64,000 nt of DNA from Actinomycetes bacterium (GCA_024276735.1 JAJRWQ010000042.1:4563-68562), one strand, 5' to 3'. Counted from the stretch's first letter, positions 47,052 through 56,576 are shown. Notes: generated by a model from the letters alone, not told the origin. Made by a program: numbers and translations.

Positions 47052-48941
47052 TCATGATATGCCTGTTTCCCTGGTGAGGACGGGAGCGCGCCGGTAGAGC
47101 CTCAGGTCGTTTCCCGCGTAGATGAGCTCGTATTCGCTGCTGGCTTCTACCGCTTCGACAATTTTTTCCCTGCCCGTGAAGAGACGAAAGCTTTCCAGGT
47201 TGCCAGGCACCCTGTCGTCTATGATGACGTAATCTTCCTTGAGAATCTCTTCACCGAGGTCGGCCCGGTAGGGTATCTGGAAATACCCCGTCGGCGACTG
47301 GTTCTTTCCCGCGAAGACAAGCATGTATGAGGGCATGATAACAGAAGCATCTTCGGGTAGTTGGTTCAGCACCCTGAGGGCGGCATCGTAATTGTATCGT
47401 GGCTGGTAACGTTGGGGCGTGAACCAGACATGGTAGGAGCCGATACAGGTGAACAGCATCACCACCAGGAGCGCGCTCACGAGGCGTTTCCTGGAAGCGT
47501 CGTCGCCGGGCTTCAGCTTGCCGGCCAGGCGGAGAAGGCCGGAGGCGAGGGCGGCAAACAGGGGCACGATGATGATTATCGTGTTCTGGGAGTTGATGGT
47601 TATCCTGGCGCCGGTGGTAACCAGGAGGTTCTCGGCGAGGCCTGGCAAGGCCAGCAGCGACAGGGGAGAAAGCAGGGGGATTCCAAACCCGGCGGTTTGG
47701 AACAGCCCGTACACCAGGCCCAGGTTCGACTGGCTGCTGAATGCCCTGGTAACGAGGGCCCACGGGTGGGAAACGAGGTATTTTGCCAGGCCCAGCTGGC
47801 TGCCCCCGTATTCCTGGTAGACGATTTTCAGTCTTTCGAAATCACCGGCCGGGTTCGAGAGCTGGATCAGGTAGTGGGTGGCGGCGATGAACCAGGCCGC
47901 CGAGAGCAGCGCTGGAAACAGTATCCAGCGCCAGTTACGACGGTTCAGGAGGGCCAGGAGAGCCAGGGTGAAATAAAGGAGGGAGATATCCTCGCGCACG
48001 CTCATGGTCAACAGCATGAAAACCATGAATGGAACCAGGCGTCTCTTCTGAAAGAAGTAGATGCTGAAAAAGAAAGGAAGGGCAAAAAAACGCATCTCCG
48101 ACATGTCCTGGACCCCCGCGGAACCGGCGATGGTGGGGCTGGCGAGGAAGGCCAGCGCCAGCAGCAGGCTCTGCGAGGATGAGAGTCGCGTGCGCGCAAC
48201 GAGGTAGAGGGGGAAGATGGCGGCGACCATGGCTAACTGGGCGATGACGAGGATGGTTTCGTAGCGCGGCAGCAGTAAGAACAAGGGGTAGATGGCGAAG
48301 AACACCAGGTTGGCATGTACCCCCAGCAAGCTGGCGCCGTCGGCCTGGAGCACCGTCGAATACAGCAGCCCCCTCTCGTCGAAGGCGTTTTGCAGTACCT
48401 GCACCGCGAGCTCGGTATTAGGCCCCCAGTCGTGCATGTAACGGTGCATGAGAATGCTCAGGATGCTGCCGACCGCAATCCAGGTGACGGCCAACACTGT
48501 CAACGTCAGCCACGGCCGCCGGGAAACCCTTGTCAGGGGTCCGCCACCGGGACGAAGGGTGGAAATCAACAGGAAAATGAGCACGATGCCCAGCAGCACC
48601 TCGGACAGCAAAACGAACCAGTTGGGCAAGTAGTCGACTTCGGTGTTCGGAAGCGATACCAGCCGGTGCCAGAGGTAGGGAGTGCTCAGCAGCAGGGGCA
48701 GGAGCCCGGCGACGAAGGAGAGAGCGATCCAGCCGCGGTCATACGCGCCTTCCGGCCGGGCCAGGCGACGATCGACCGCGAGCCAGGCGGTGGAAAAGAC
48801 GACCGCCGCCGGAAGCGCCGCGATCATTGCCATCGCCGGTTTGCTCCCGTTCACCACCAGCGCCAAGGCCGCGGTCACGAGGGCGGAAACGAATACCAGC
48901 AGGTGGTAACGATACTGGAGGAGAGGAGAACCCGGTGTCAT
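47052..48941 (-). CDS. DUF2079-like polytopic membrane protein (possible GT-C-fold glycosyltransferase)
   Basis: 629 aa with more than 12 predicted TM helices and large loops. Its ATG overlaps the stop of the upstream B2-like gene (ATGA), so it is translationally coupled. Confidence 0.5.
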   Translation of the reverse strand: MTPGSPLLQYRYHLLVFVSALVTAALALVVNGSKPAMAMIAALPAAVVFSTAWLAVDRRLARPEGAYDRGWIALSFVAGLLPLLLSTPYLWHRLVSLPNTEVDYLPNWFVLLSEVLLGIVLIFLLISTLRPGGGPLTRVSRRPWLTLTVLAVTWIAVGSILSILMHRYMHDWGPNTELAVQVLQNAFDERGLLYSTVLQADGASLLGVHANLVFFAIYPLFLLLPRYETILVIAQLAMVAAIFPLYLVARTRLSSSQSLLLALAFLASPTIAGSAGVQDMSEMRFFALPFFFSIYFFQKRRLVPFMVFMLLTMSVREDISLLYFTLALLALLNRRNWRWILFPALLSAAWFIAATHYLIQLSNPAGDFERLKIVYQEYGGSQLGLAKYLVSHPWALVTRAFSSQSNLGLVYGLFQTAGFGIPLLSPLSLLALPGLAENLLVTTGARITINSQNTIIIIVPLFAALASGLLRLAGKLKPGDDASRKRLVSALLVVMLFTCIGSYHVWFTPQRYQPRYNYDAALRVLNQLPEDASVIMPSYMLVFAGKNQSPTGYFQIPYRADLGEEILKEDYVIIDDRVPGNLESFRLFTGREKIVEAVEASSEYELIYAGNDLRLYRRAPVLTRETGIS

Positions 48942-49438
48942 TGCCTGTTCCTCGAAGATGTCCCGTTGTTGGCGACGTCGGAATCGCCCACGGTATCACC
49001 GGGATAAGCATAGGTCGTCACGTATGGCCGCTGCTGGTCCTCGAGGAAAACTTCACCGTCCAGGACCAACCAGCTATGCCCGGTGATATCCCGGTCGCCA
49101 TCGCCGGTTTTCATGATACCGAAGCGTATCTCCACCGGCCAGCCCTGGCGGCGCAGAAACTTGAAAAGGGTCAGCGAGCGGAGAAAACACCTGCCGTAGC
49201 GCCTGAGCAGCTTGAACTCCAGAAGGGCATCAACCATGTTGGTTGTCTTTCGCAAACCTGCCTCGTCGGTCGCGGTGCAGGAGACCCCGGGGTCGAGGCT
49301 TTTCAGCAAACGCGGCAGGCTCTGGGAGCGAATCTTGCGTGGCAAGCCCAAGATCGTGAAGAAGATCTCGAAAAAAAGCAGGAAATCACCCGGCCTTCGG
49401 GGCTTCAATGCTGCTTTGAACAAAGTGGATTTCTTCAT
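48938..49438 (-). CDS. lasso-peptide B2-like transglutaminase-fold cysteine protease (McjB-like)
   Basis: GRCFLRSLTLFKFLRRQGWPVEIRFGIMK...GHSWLVLDGEVF supplies the Cys, His and Asp of the B2 catalytic triad in the canonical order and spacing. Confidence 0.7.
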   Translation of the reverse strand: MKKSTLFKAALKPRRPGDFLLFFEIFFTILGLPRKIRSQSLPRLLKSLDPGVSCTATDEAGLRKTTNMVDALLEFKLLRRYGRCFLRSLTLFKFLRRQGWPVEIRFGIMKTGDGDRDITGHSWLVLDGEVFLEDQQRPYVTTYAYPGDTVGDSDVANNGTSSRNRQ

Positions 49439-49585
49439 CTCGATATGGCTGACCGGTCGTGGGAACGTTAGTGGAAGGGCAACGGCTCCCGACTTTCAAA
49501 AGGCTTCTCGATGACGGACCGACAGGGAAGCCTTGGCCCCTGTATGCCGAAAGCTCACTGAAAGGGAGAGGGTTGGGCGGGCCGT

Positions 49586-49900
49586 TTAAAGGTCTTCTTT
49601 GGACTGCGCCTCGTCCAGCGGAGACTCGGCGGTCCTGACCAGCCCTTCACTGACCAGCTGTTCCGCCAGTTCCATGATGTCCTTCTCGGCCACTTCCCGG
49701 GAGATCTCGAACTCCTGGGTGATCAATGACGCGAGGTCGGCGATGCTCTTGCTGCCATCCGCCAGTACCCACAGGCGGGACCCCACCTTGTTCAGGCTGT
49801 AATAGTCGCCGCGCTCGATGTGCAGCAGCACTGCATCTTCGCCCATGGACGTGAAAAGCACGTCCTCTTCCTTTATCAGGTAGTGGTCTCTCTTTATCAT
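49586..49900 (-). CDS. PqqD-family RiPP recognition element protein (lasso B1-like)
   Basis: 104 aa; DAVLLHIERGDYYSLNKVGSRLWVLADGSKSIADLASLITQEFEISREVAEKDIMELAEQLVSEGLV is the PqqD/RRE pattern. GGAGAGG RBS. Confidence 0.75.
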   Translation of the reverse strand: MIKRDHYLIKEEDVLFTSMGEDAVLLHIERGDYYSLNKVGSRLWVLADGSKSIADLASLITQEFEISREVAEKDIMELAEQLVSEGLVRTAESPLDEAQSKEDL

Positions 49901-49929
49901 ACCAACCTCTCCAAGTTCGGCCTCGAGGA

Positions 49930-51027
49930 TTAATTATCGCCGTCTGCGGCCACGCTGTCCAGCAATTTTCTCACCGTGCGCTCCAATTCCTGCTGATCGC
50001 TCCCGGAAAGGAGGCGGAAACTGCTGGCTTGCCGGGCCAGCTGCGAGAGCACCTGGAAGTGCCTGCCGGTGGTAGCGGGATCCATGAAGAAGAAGCCGTA
50101 CCGCAGCGATTCCGAGAGCGCCTCCGTCGGCTTCATGGGCTCCGCTTCCGTTTCGGCGGCGTTGCCGATGCGGGGGAAGATCATCACCGCCGGCTTGGCG
50201 GCCGTCTCCAGGCAGCCGGGGTAGAGCTCTTCCACGTCGAAGGAGGATTTCCGCCGCAGCTCGTTTTCGTTGAAACTCTCGACCCGCGACAGCTCCGGCA
50301 GCAGCTCGATGGTCTCCTTGCGCACGTTTATCTCCTCGGGGAACGACAGGGCTTCCACCTCGCCGTCCTGCTCCCGGAGGAATACCGTATCATCGCTGAG
50401 CAGGCCGAAGCCACTCCGGAGCAGGTTCAGCGACAGGGTCGACTTGCCGCTGCCGCTCCTGCCCAGGAAGAGGGACGCCTTGCCATCACGCACCAACCCC
50501 GCCGCGTGCAGGGGAAACAGGCCGTTCATCTTCAGCAGCTGCGCCCAAAGCGGATAGAAACACAGGTTGGTGACCAGCCAATCCGATTCCAGCAGGTTCC
50601 TGGCGGCGAAGCCGGCCGCCGTGCACTGCTCCACATCCGCGGTCACCCGGGCCCCCCGTTCCACCACCAGGAAACGGCAGGCATGCCGGTGGTAGACCTT
50701 GAGGGCCCCCCAGTCGTAGAGCAGCGATGCCTCGGGAACGGGGGACATTTCCTCGGCGAGGTCGTCGACGAAAAAGAGGTGAAAGTCGATATCGACCTCG
50801 GCCAGGGGCGCAACGGCGAACGGTTCCAGGAAGGTGGCCAGGGCTTCGGCAGCGCGGGGATCGTTGGTGGTAGCGCGGGTGGTGATGCCGTGAACATCGA
50901 AGGTGTTCACCACCAGGTCGGCACCGCATCTCTTTTTTCCCAGCCGTACCTGCTCGGCCCCGGCGTCGGGGTGGCAATCTTTCGTCATGCTGGAGCAATC
51001 GGTTTTGCGGATGGCACCGCGGATCAT
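49930..51027 (-). CDS. HPr-kinase-like P-loop kinase (C-terminal HprK domain), lasso/RiPP precursor-kinase-like
   Basis: LFLGRSGSGKSTLSLNLLRSGFGLLSDDTVFL is a Walker A in HprK_C context. First gene of the operon, 29 nt upstream of the PqqD gene. Start ATG 51027 or ATG 50994. Confidence 0.7.
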   Translation of the reverse strand: MIRGAIRKTDCSSMTKDCHPDAGAEQVRLGKKRCGADLVVNTFDVHGITTRATTNDPRAAEALATFLEPFAVAPLAEVDIDFHLFFVDDLAEEMSPVPEASLLYDWGALKVYHRHACRFLVVERGARVTADVEQCTAAGFAARNLLESDWLVTNLCFYPLWAQLLKMNGLFPLHAAGLVRDGKASLFLGRSGSGKSTLSLNLLRSGFGLLSDDTVFLREQDGEVEALSFPEEINVRKETIELLPELSRVESFNENELRRKSSFDVEELYPGCLETAAKPAVMIFPRIGNAAETEAEPMKPTEALSESLRYGFFFMDPATTGRHFQVLSQLARQASSFRLLSGSDQQELERTVRKLLDSVAADGDN

Positions 51028-51083
51028 CTGTCATAATAACACAGGAAGTGGATCGCATTTCACCTGCAGGGTGGAGAAAGCGT

Positions 51084-52187
51084 ATGAAAAGAGTGAGTCA
51101 CCTGTACGTGCACGTTCCTTTCTGCCGCCGGCGCTGTCACTACTGCGATTTCTACTCGGTGGCGGGCCGCCTGGAGCTAGCGCCGCGGTACGTGCGCGCC
51201 CTGCCCGGGGAGGCCGCGGGACACGGTGCGCTCTTGCAGGGCGTGGAGACGATATACATCGGCGGCGGTACCCCTTCCCTTCTGGGGCCGGAGCTGCTCC
51301 ACGGGCTGCTGGAGGGGCTGACGCCATTGGCAGCGTCCGCGGCGGAGGTGAGCGTCGAGGTCAATCCGGGCTCGCTGGATGCCGCCACGGCGGCGGCAAT
51401 GGCCGCGGGCGGAGTCACTCGTGTCACCATGGGGGTACAGAGTTTATCATCCCGGCTGAGGCACAACCTCGGGCGCCGGGGCAGCGCCGACGCCGCGAGG
51501 GCGGCGATGGGGGTGCTCAGGGAGGCTGGCTTCGACAACGTCGGACTGGACATGATCTTTGCCATCCCCGGCCAGGAGCGCGAGCTGCTGGAGCGCGACA
51601 TCGAGTCCGTGCTGGAACTGGAGCCGGAGCACATCTCGTATTACGAGCTGACGGTGGCCCCCGAAAGCGATTTCGCCCGCCGCCACCGGGCGGCGCTCGC
51701 GCGGGTGCGGCAGCGGTCGGCCGACGATTACGCCCTGGTGGTGGAACGGCTGGAGGCCGCCGGCTTCCACTGGTATGAAACCAGCAATTGCGCACGCCCG
51801 GGGTACGAGAGCCGGCACAACCTCGCCTACTGGCAGGGACGTGATTACCTAGGCCTCGGCGCCGGCGCCTGGAGCACCGTTGCCGGCGAGCGCTGGCAGA
51901 ACCGGCCGGACCTGGATGCCTACATCAGTTGCCGCGGCGAGCCGGCGAGGCTGCGGAGATACGAACGGCTCACCGGGAGGCAGCAGCTGGTGGAGAGGCT
52001 GATGCTGGGGCTGAGAACCTCCCGGGGCGTTCCCAGGGAGCTGGTGGCGGGAATTGTCGATGGGACGCGGGAGGCGGAGCTGGTGCAGGCAGGTTTCCTC
52101 GAGGCGGCGGATGACCGGTACACCCTCACGCGCAAGGGAAGGTTCGTGGGCAACGAGGTGACGGCGGCCCTGGTGGCGGAGCCGTAA
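51084..52187 (+). CDS. hemW: radical SAM heme chaperone HemW / coproporphyrinogen-III-oxidase-like
   Basis: HLYVHVPFCRRRCHYCDFYS CxxxCxxC motif and HemN_C domain. Confidence 0.85.
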   Translation: MKRVSHLYVHVPFCRRRCHYCDFYSVAGRLELAPRYVRALPGEAAGHGALLQGVETIYIGGGTPSLLGPELLHGLLEGLTPLAASAAEVSVEVNPGSLDAATAAAMAAGGVTRVTMGVQSLSSRLRHNLGRRGSADAARAAMGVLREAGFDNVGLDMIFAIPGQERELLERDIESVLELEPEHISYYELTVAPESDFARRHRAALARVRQRSADDYALVVERLEAAGFHWYETSNCARPGYESRHNLAYWQGRDYLGLGAGAWSTVAGERWQNRPDLDAYISCRGEPARLRRYERLTGRQQLVERLMLGLRTSRGVPRELVAGIVDGTREAELVQAGFLEAADDRYTLTRKGRFVGNEVTAALVAEP

Positions 52188-52339
52188 GCGGCCGGCGGCG
52201 GCCTGCAGGCTAATGGAAATTTCACCATCGTGCTAGAATAATAACGGTCGCCGGCAGCACTGCTGCTGGTCCTCCAGGGTCGGGGCCCGGCAGCGACGGT
52301 CCCGGTCCGCTAGCGAAAGCCGTAACCGCACCTCCCATC

Positions 52340-53359
52340 TTGAAAGAACTTACACCCAGACAAGCCGAGATACTGAGGCAGGTCACCCGGCTCTACATCG
52401 CCACCGGCAGGCCGGTGGGGTCGAAGAGCCTGCGCCGTGAATGCGGTTTCTCCGTTTCCGCCTCCACCATCCGCAGCGAGCTGGCGCGGCTTGAGGAGAT
52501 GGGGTACCTGGATCACCCGCACACTTCCGCGGGCAGGGTGCCCACCGACCACGGCTACCGGTTCTACGTCGACAGCTCGGGCGCCGGCGAAGGCCGCCGG
52601 GCCCGCTGCGAGATCGAGCCGCAGGCACTGGGTGACGAGATCGGCGATGCCATCAGGTACGCCGCCGCCCTGCTGGCACGCACCACCGGCTTCCTGGCGA
52701 TGGTTTCCTCGCCGGAGCAGGGGGATATCACCATCAGGCACGTGGAGGTGCTGCAGCTGCAGCCCGACCTGGTGACGGTGGTGGTGATCACCGGCTCCGG
52801 GGGGGTGGCGCGCAAGCTCTTCGTCTTCGACGAGCCGGTGGACCCCGGACTGGTGAACTGGGCCCGCGGTTACCTCAACGATGCCGTGACCGGCCTCTAC
52901 CTGGGCAGCCGCCTGCTCAGGCTGCGGCTGGCGGAGGCGGACCTGGGGCCGCGCGAGCGGGAATTCATCGATGCCATCTCGCCCGCGCTGCTGGAGTCCC
53001 CGGCCGGCCAGGGGGAAAACCTGGTGATGGAAGGGGCGCCGGCGCTGCTGGCACGCCTGGAGGCGGAGAACGGCTTCCGGGCCCGCGACCTGGTGGAGAT
53101 GCTGGAGCGGCAGGACGAGCTGCTGGCGATCCTGCGCTCGGCGCTGGTGGAGTACCGTGTCTACCTGCGCATCGGCAGCGAGCTGCCGGCGGCGGCCATG
53201 CAGCGCTGCAGCCTGGTGGCGGCCAACTACGGGCTCGCCCATCGCAACCTGGGTACGGTGGGGGTGCTGGGGCCGCGGCGCATGGACTACCCGGCGGTGA
53301 TCGGCAGCGTGGAGGCGACGGCGCGTTGCCTGAGCGAGTTCATCGAGGAGATATACTGA
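52340..53359 (+). CDS. hrcA: heat-inducible transcription repressor HrcA
   Basis: N-terminal winged HTH (LTPRQAEILRQVTRLYIATGRPVGSKSL) and HrcA C-domain. TTG start. Confidence 0.9.
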   Translation: MKELTPRQAEILRQVTRLYIATGRPVGSKSLRRECGFSVSASTIRSELARLEEMGYLDHPHTSAGRVPTDHGYRFYVDSSGAGEGRRARCEIEPQALGDEIGDAIRYAAALLARTTGFLAMVSSPEQGDITIRHVEVLQLQPDLVTVVVITGSGGVARKLFVFDEPVDPGLVNWARGYLNDAVTGLYLGSRLLRLRLAEADLGPREREFIDAISPALLESPAGQGENLVMEGAPALLARLEAENGFRARDLVEMLERQDELLAILRSALVEYRVYLRIGSELPAAAMQRCSLVAANYGLAHRNLGTVGVLGPRRMDYPAVIGSVEATARCLSEFIEEIY

Positions 53360-53434
53360 GGCGGGAAGGCGGCGGCTTTCACCGCCGCCGGGCCGTTGCT
53401 GTTGCAGACAGTCGACGGAGGATGATGACGGGCG

Positions 53435-54556
53435 ATGAAGAGAGACTACTACGAGGTTCTGGGTGTCAGCCGCTCCGCGAGCGGGGCAGAGATCAAGAAG
53501 GCCTTCCGCCGCCGGGCGCGCGAGCTGCATCCCGACGTCAACAAGGACGACCCTGACGCCGAGGCCAAGTTCAAGGAGCTGGCAGAGGCCTACGAGTGCC
53601 TGTCCAATCCCGAGACCCGCGCCACCTACGACCGCTACGGTTTCGAGGGCCTCAGGCGCGGCGGGTTCCAGGATTTCTCCCACGTCTCCTTCGAGGACAT
53701 CATCCGCTCCTTCTTCGGCGAGGGTATTTTCGGCGAGGGATTCTTCTCCGGCGGCTCCCGGCGCAGCCGGGGCGCCGACGTGGCGGTGGAGGTGGAGATT
53801 TCCCTGGAGGAAGCCGCTGCCGGAGTACAGCGGGAGGTGGAGTATTCCGTGGTCGGTGACTGCGAGAACTGCGGCGGCAGCGGCGCTGCTCCCGGCAGCT
53901 CCCGCCGTACCTGCCCCACCTGCGGCGGCGGCGGCGTGGTGCGCACGGTGACCCGTTCGGCGTTCGGGCAATTCGTGCGCACGGGGGCATGCCATGCCTG
54001 CGGCGGCGCCGGCAGCGTGGTCGACGAGCCCTGCAGCGAGTGCTCCGGCACCGGCGCCGTGCAGACGCAGCGGCGGCTGGCGGTGGATATCCCGCCCGGC
54101 ATCGACGACGGGCAGAGGATCCGCGTCACCGGCATGGGCAGCCGCGGCGAGGGCAACGGCCCCAGCGGCGATCTCTACGTCCAGGTGCGGGTGGCGGAGC
54201 ACGAGCAGCTGGTGCGCGACGGCGACGATCTCGTCTACCACCAGCCGCTGACCATCGTCGACGCCGCCCTGGGCACCACCGTCAGCATTCCCACCATCGA
54301 CGGCGAGATGGAGCTGGACGTGGCGCCCGGGACCCAGTTCGGGGAAGTGAAGACGATCCGGGGCAAGGGAATGCCCCGCCTGCGCGGGCGGGGGAGGGGT
54401 GACCTGAAGGTGGTAATGGACGTGATCGTGCCCCGCAATCTCAACCGGGAGCAGCGGGAACTCTTGAAGAAGTTCGAGGAGACCACCAGCGAGAAGAACT
54501 ACAACGGCGGGGAAGGCTTCTTCGAGAGGATCAAGGCTGCTTTCAGCCACCGCTGA
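53435..54556 (+). CDS. dnaJ: molecular chaperone DnaJ
   Basis: J domain ([31 protein letters not shown]), G/F region, four CxxCxGxG zinc repeats. Confidence 0.95.
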   Translation: MKRDYYEVLGVSRSASGAEIKKAFRRRARELHPDVNKDDPDAEAKFKELAEAYECLSNPETRATYDRYGFEGLRRGGFQDFSHVSFEDIIRSFFGEGIFGEGFFSGGSRRSRGADVAVEVEISLEEAAAGVQREVEYSVVGDCENCGGSGAAPGSSRRTCPTCGGGGVVRTVTRSAFGQFVRTGACHACGGAGSVVDEPCSECSGTGAVQTQRRLAVDIPPGIDDGQRIRVTGMGSRGEGNGPSGDLYVQVRVAEHEQLVRDGDDLVYHQPLTIVDAALGTTVSIPTIDGEMELDVAPGTQFGEVKTIRGKGMPRLRGRGRGDLKVVMDVIVPRNLNREQRELLKKFEETTSEKNYNGGEGFFERIKAAFSHR

Positions 54557-54590
54557 CCGGGGCGGCGCCACCGGGGTGGGGTTCGACGGC

Positions 54591-55313
54591 ATGAAGCACG
54601 TACACCGTTTCTTCGTATCCAGGCCGCTGAGCACGGGTGAAAAGGTGCGCCTGGAGGAGGGCGATTCCTTCCATGCCGTCCGCGTCCTGCGCCTGCGCTC
54701 CGGGGAGGCGATCGAGCTGGCGGATTCCCGGGGGCACGTCTTCAGCGCCCGGGTGATCCACGCGGACGGCGTCCTGGAGGCCCTGGCCGGCGGCGAGCTC
54801 GCCCGGCAGCCGCAGGTGGAGCTCACCGTGGACCAGGCGATTCCCCGGGGCCGCAGGATGGACCTGGTGGTGGAGAAGCTGAGCGAGCTGGGGGTTACCC
54901 GCCTGGTGCCGCTGCACACGCGGAAGACGGTGGTGCGGCCGCCGGCGGGCAAGGCCCGGCTGGAGCGCTGGCGGCGCATCGCCCGGGAGGCGGCCAAGCA
55001 GTCGCGGCGCGACGGGGTGATGGAGATCGGCCGGCCCCGGCGGCTGGAGGAATGGCTCCCGGAGCAGGGCGACGGGCTGGTGACGCTGGTGACCGAGGTG
55101 CCGGCCGAGCCCCTGGGAGAGGTAGCGGCGTCGCTGGCGGATGCTCCCTGCCTGCTCGTGGGCCCCGAGGCCGGCTTCGAGGAAGACGAGATCGAGCTGC
55201 TTGGGCGCGCGGGATCGCGTTTTGCCGCCCTCGGGCCGCTGCTGCTGCGCAGCGAGACCGCGGCCGTGGTGGCGGCGGCGATCGTGATGCATCGGTTGGG
55301 AATCGTCGGCTGA
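54591..55313 (+). CDS. rsmE: 16S rRNA (uracil1498-N3)-methyltransferase
   Basis: MKHVHRFFV... N-terminus and SPOUT C-domain (LLVGPEAGFEEDEIELL). Confidence 0.8.
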   Translation: MKHVHRFFVSRPLSTGEKVRLEEGDSFHAVRVLRLRSGEAIELADSRGHVFSARVIHADGVLEALAGGELARQPQVELTVDQAIPRGRRMDLVVEKLSELGVTRLVPLHTRKTVVRPPAGKARLERWRRIAREAAKQSRRDGVMEIGRPRRLEEWLPEQGDGLVTLVTEVPAEPLGEVAASLADAPCLLVGPEAGFEEDEIELLGRAGSRFAALGPLLLRSETAAVVAAAIVMHRLGIVG

Positions 55314-55400
55314 TGATTTGTGATTCGACCAGCGACTGGTGAGATGAGGGAAGAAGAGACGGGAAACGGGGCCGGCGGGCGAGGAGGAGACGCGCCCCGG

Positions 55401-56576
55401 GTGCGTTTCCTCGGCTGCAAGGTCAATTTCGCCGATACCCACGAGCTGGCGGCGAAGCTGGCGGCCGCCGGCGGCACGGCGGCGGTGGTGGGTACCTGCT
55501 GCGTGACGGTCGCGGCGGAGAAGCAGTCACGCAAGGAGGTGCGGCGGGCCCTGCGGGACAGCGGGGACGGCGCGGTGGTGGTCACCGGCTGCGCGGCGCG
55601 GCGTGACCCCTCTGCCTTCGAGTCCCTGGGAGCCGGCGTCACCGTTATCGACGGCCCCGGCGGCGATGGCGCCAGCGCGGCCGCCGGCGGCCGCCGGCGG
55701 GGGTTTCTCAAGGTCCAGGACGGCTGCGGCGGCACCTGTACCTATTGCATCATCCCCCGGGTGAGGGGAGGGCCGCGAAGCATCCCGGCACCGGTGCTGG
55801 AGCAGCGGGCGCGCGAGCTGGTGGATGGCGGTTGCCTGGAGCTGGTGGTGACCGGCATCGACGTGGGCGCCTACGACTGGCACGGGACGCGGCTGCCGCA
55901 GCTGCTGGTGCGGCTCCTGAAGACGCCGGGGCTGTTGCGGCTGCGGCTCAGCTCCATCGAGGTTGGGGCGATCGACGACCGGCTGCTGGCGGTGCTTGCC
56001 GGCGACGCCCGTGTCGGCCGGCACCTGCACGTTCCCCTCCAGAGCGGCGACGACGCGGTGCTCGCCGCCATGGGGCGCGGCTACGATGCCGCGACGTTCC
56101 TGCGGGTGCTCTCGGAGGTGCGCGAGGCGCTCCCGGGGGTGAACCTCACCACCGACGTGATCACCGGCTTTCCCGGGGAGGACGAGGCCGCCTTCGGGCA
56201 CACGCTGTCCGTGGTGGAAGAGGCGGGCTTCTCCAAGGTGCACGTTTTTCCCTATTCCCCCCGGGAAGGGACGGCGGCAGCCGCCGCCGGGGACGTGGCG
56301 GCGGCGGTGAAGAAGGAGCGCAGCCGGCGCCTGCGGCAGCTCTCGCGGCGGCTGGGGGAGGAGCATCGCCGCAGGAAACTGGGAGCGGTGAGCGAAGTTT
56401 TGCTGGAGTCGGAGATTTCGCCGGGAGTGTTCGCCGGTTACAGCTCCGACTACACCCGTTTCCACGTGGCCGGCGCCGGCGACGGCCCGCTGGTCGAGGT
56501 CAGGGGCCGGTGCCTGGAAGGCGAAAAGGTCGTGGGAGAGGTGATAGGCGGTGAGCAGCCGCTGCCTGTTCTGTGA
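55401..56576 (+). CDS. mtaB: radical SAM methylthiotransferase (MtaB/MiaB family)
   Basis: N-terminal RFLGCKVNF, radical SAM motif CGGTCTYCIIP, TRAM C-domain. Start GTG 55401 follows GAGGAGGAG (alternative ATG 55344). Confidence 0.75.
   Translation: MRFLGCKVNFADTHELAAKLAAAGGTAAVVGTCCVTVAAEKQSRKEVRRALRDSGDGAVVVTGCAARRDPSAFESLGAGVTVIDGPGGDGASAAAGGRRRGFLKVQDGCGGTCTYCIIPRVRGGPRSIPAPVLEQRARELVDGGCLELVVTGIDVGAYDWHGTRLPQLLVRLLKTPGLLRLRLSSIEVGAIDDRLLAVLAGDARVGRHLHVPLQSGDDAVLAAMGRGYDAATFLRVLSEVREALPGVNLTTDVITGFPGEDEAAFGHTLSVVEEAGFSKVHVFPYSPREGTAAAAAGDVAAAVKKERSRRLRQLSRRLGEEHRRRKLGAVSEVLLESEISPGVFAGYSSDYTRFHVAGAGDGPLVEVRGRCLEGEKVVGEVIGGEQPLPVL

Noticed and set aside
49212-49514. 100-aa plus-strand ORF overlapping the B2-like gene.
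   Set aside because: Antisense to a gene with clear family motifs, with a lysine/arginine-rich low-complexity translation.
49439-49585. Candidate precursor peptide ORFs in the PqqD-B2 gap (20-aa GTG frame on the minus strand; 8- and 16-aa ATG frames on the plus strand).
   Set aside because: No Shine-Dalgarno sequence, no lasso-like leader or core features, and the plus-strand ones are antisense to the operon. Kept only as a place to test, not as a feature.
52230-52275. Possible CIRCE operator upstream of hrcA (TCGTGCTAG...CAGCACTG).
   Set aside because: Only a 5-6 bp imperfect inverted repeat with a 21-nt spacer. It does not fit TTAGCACTC-N9-GAGTGCTAA.
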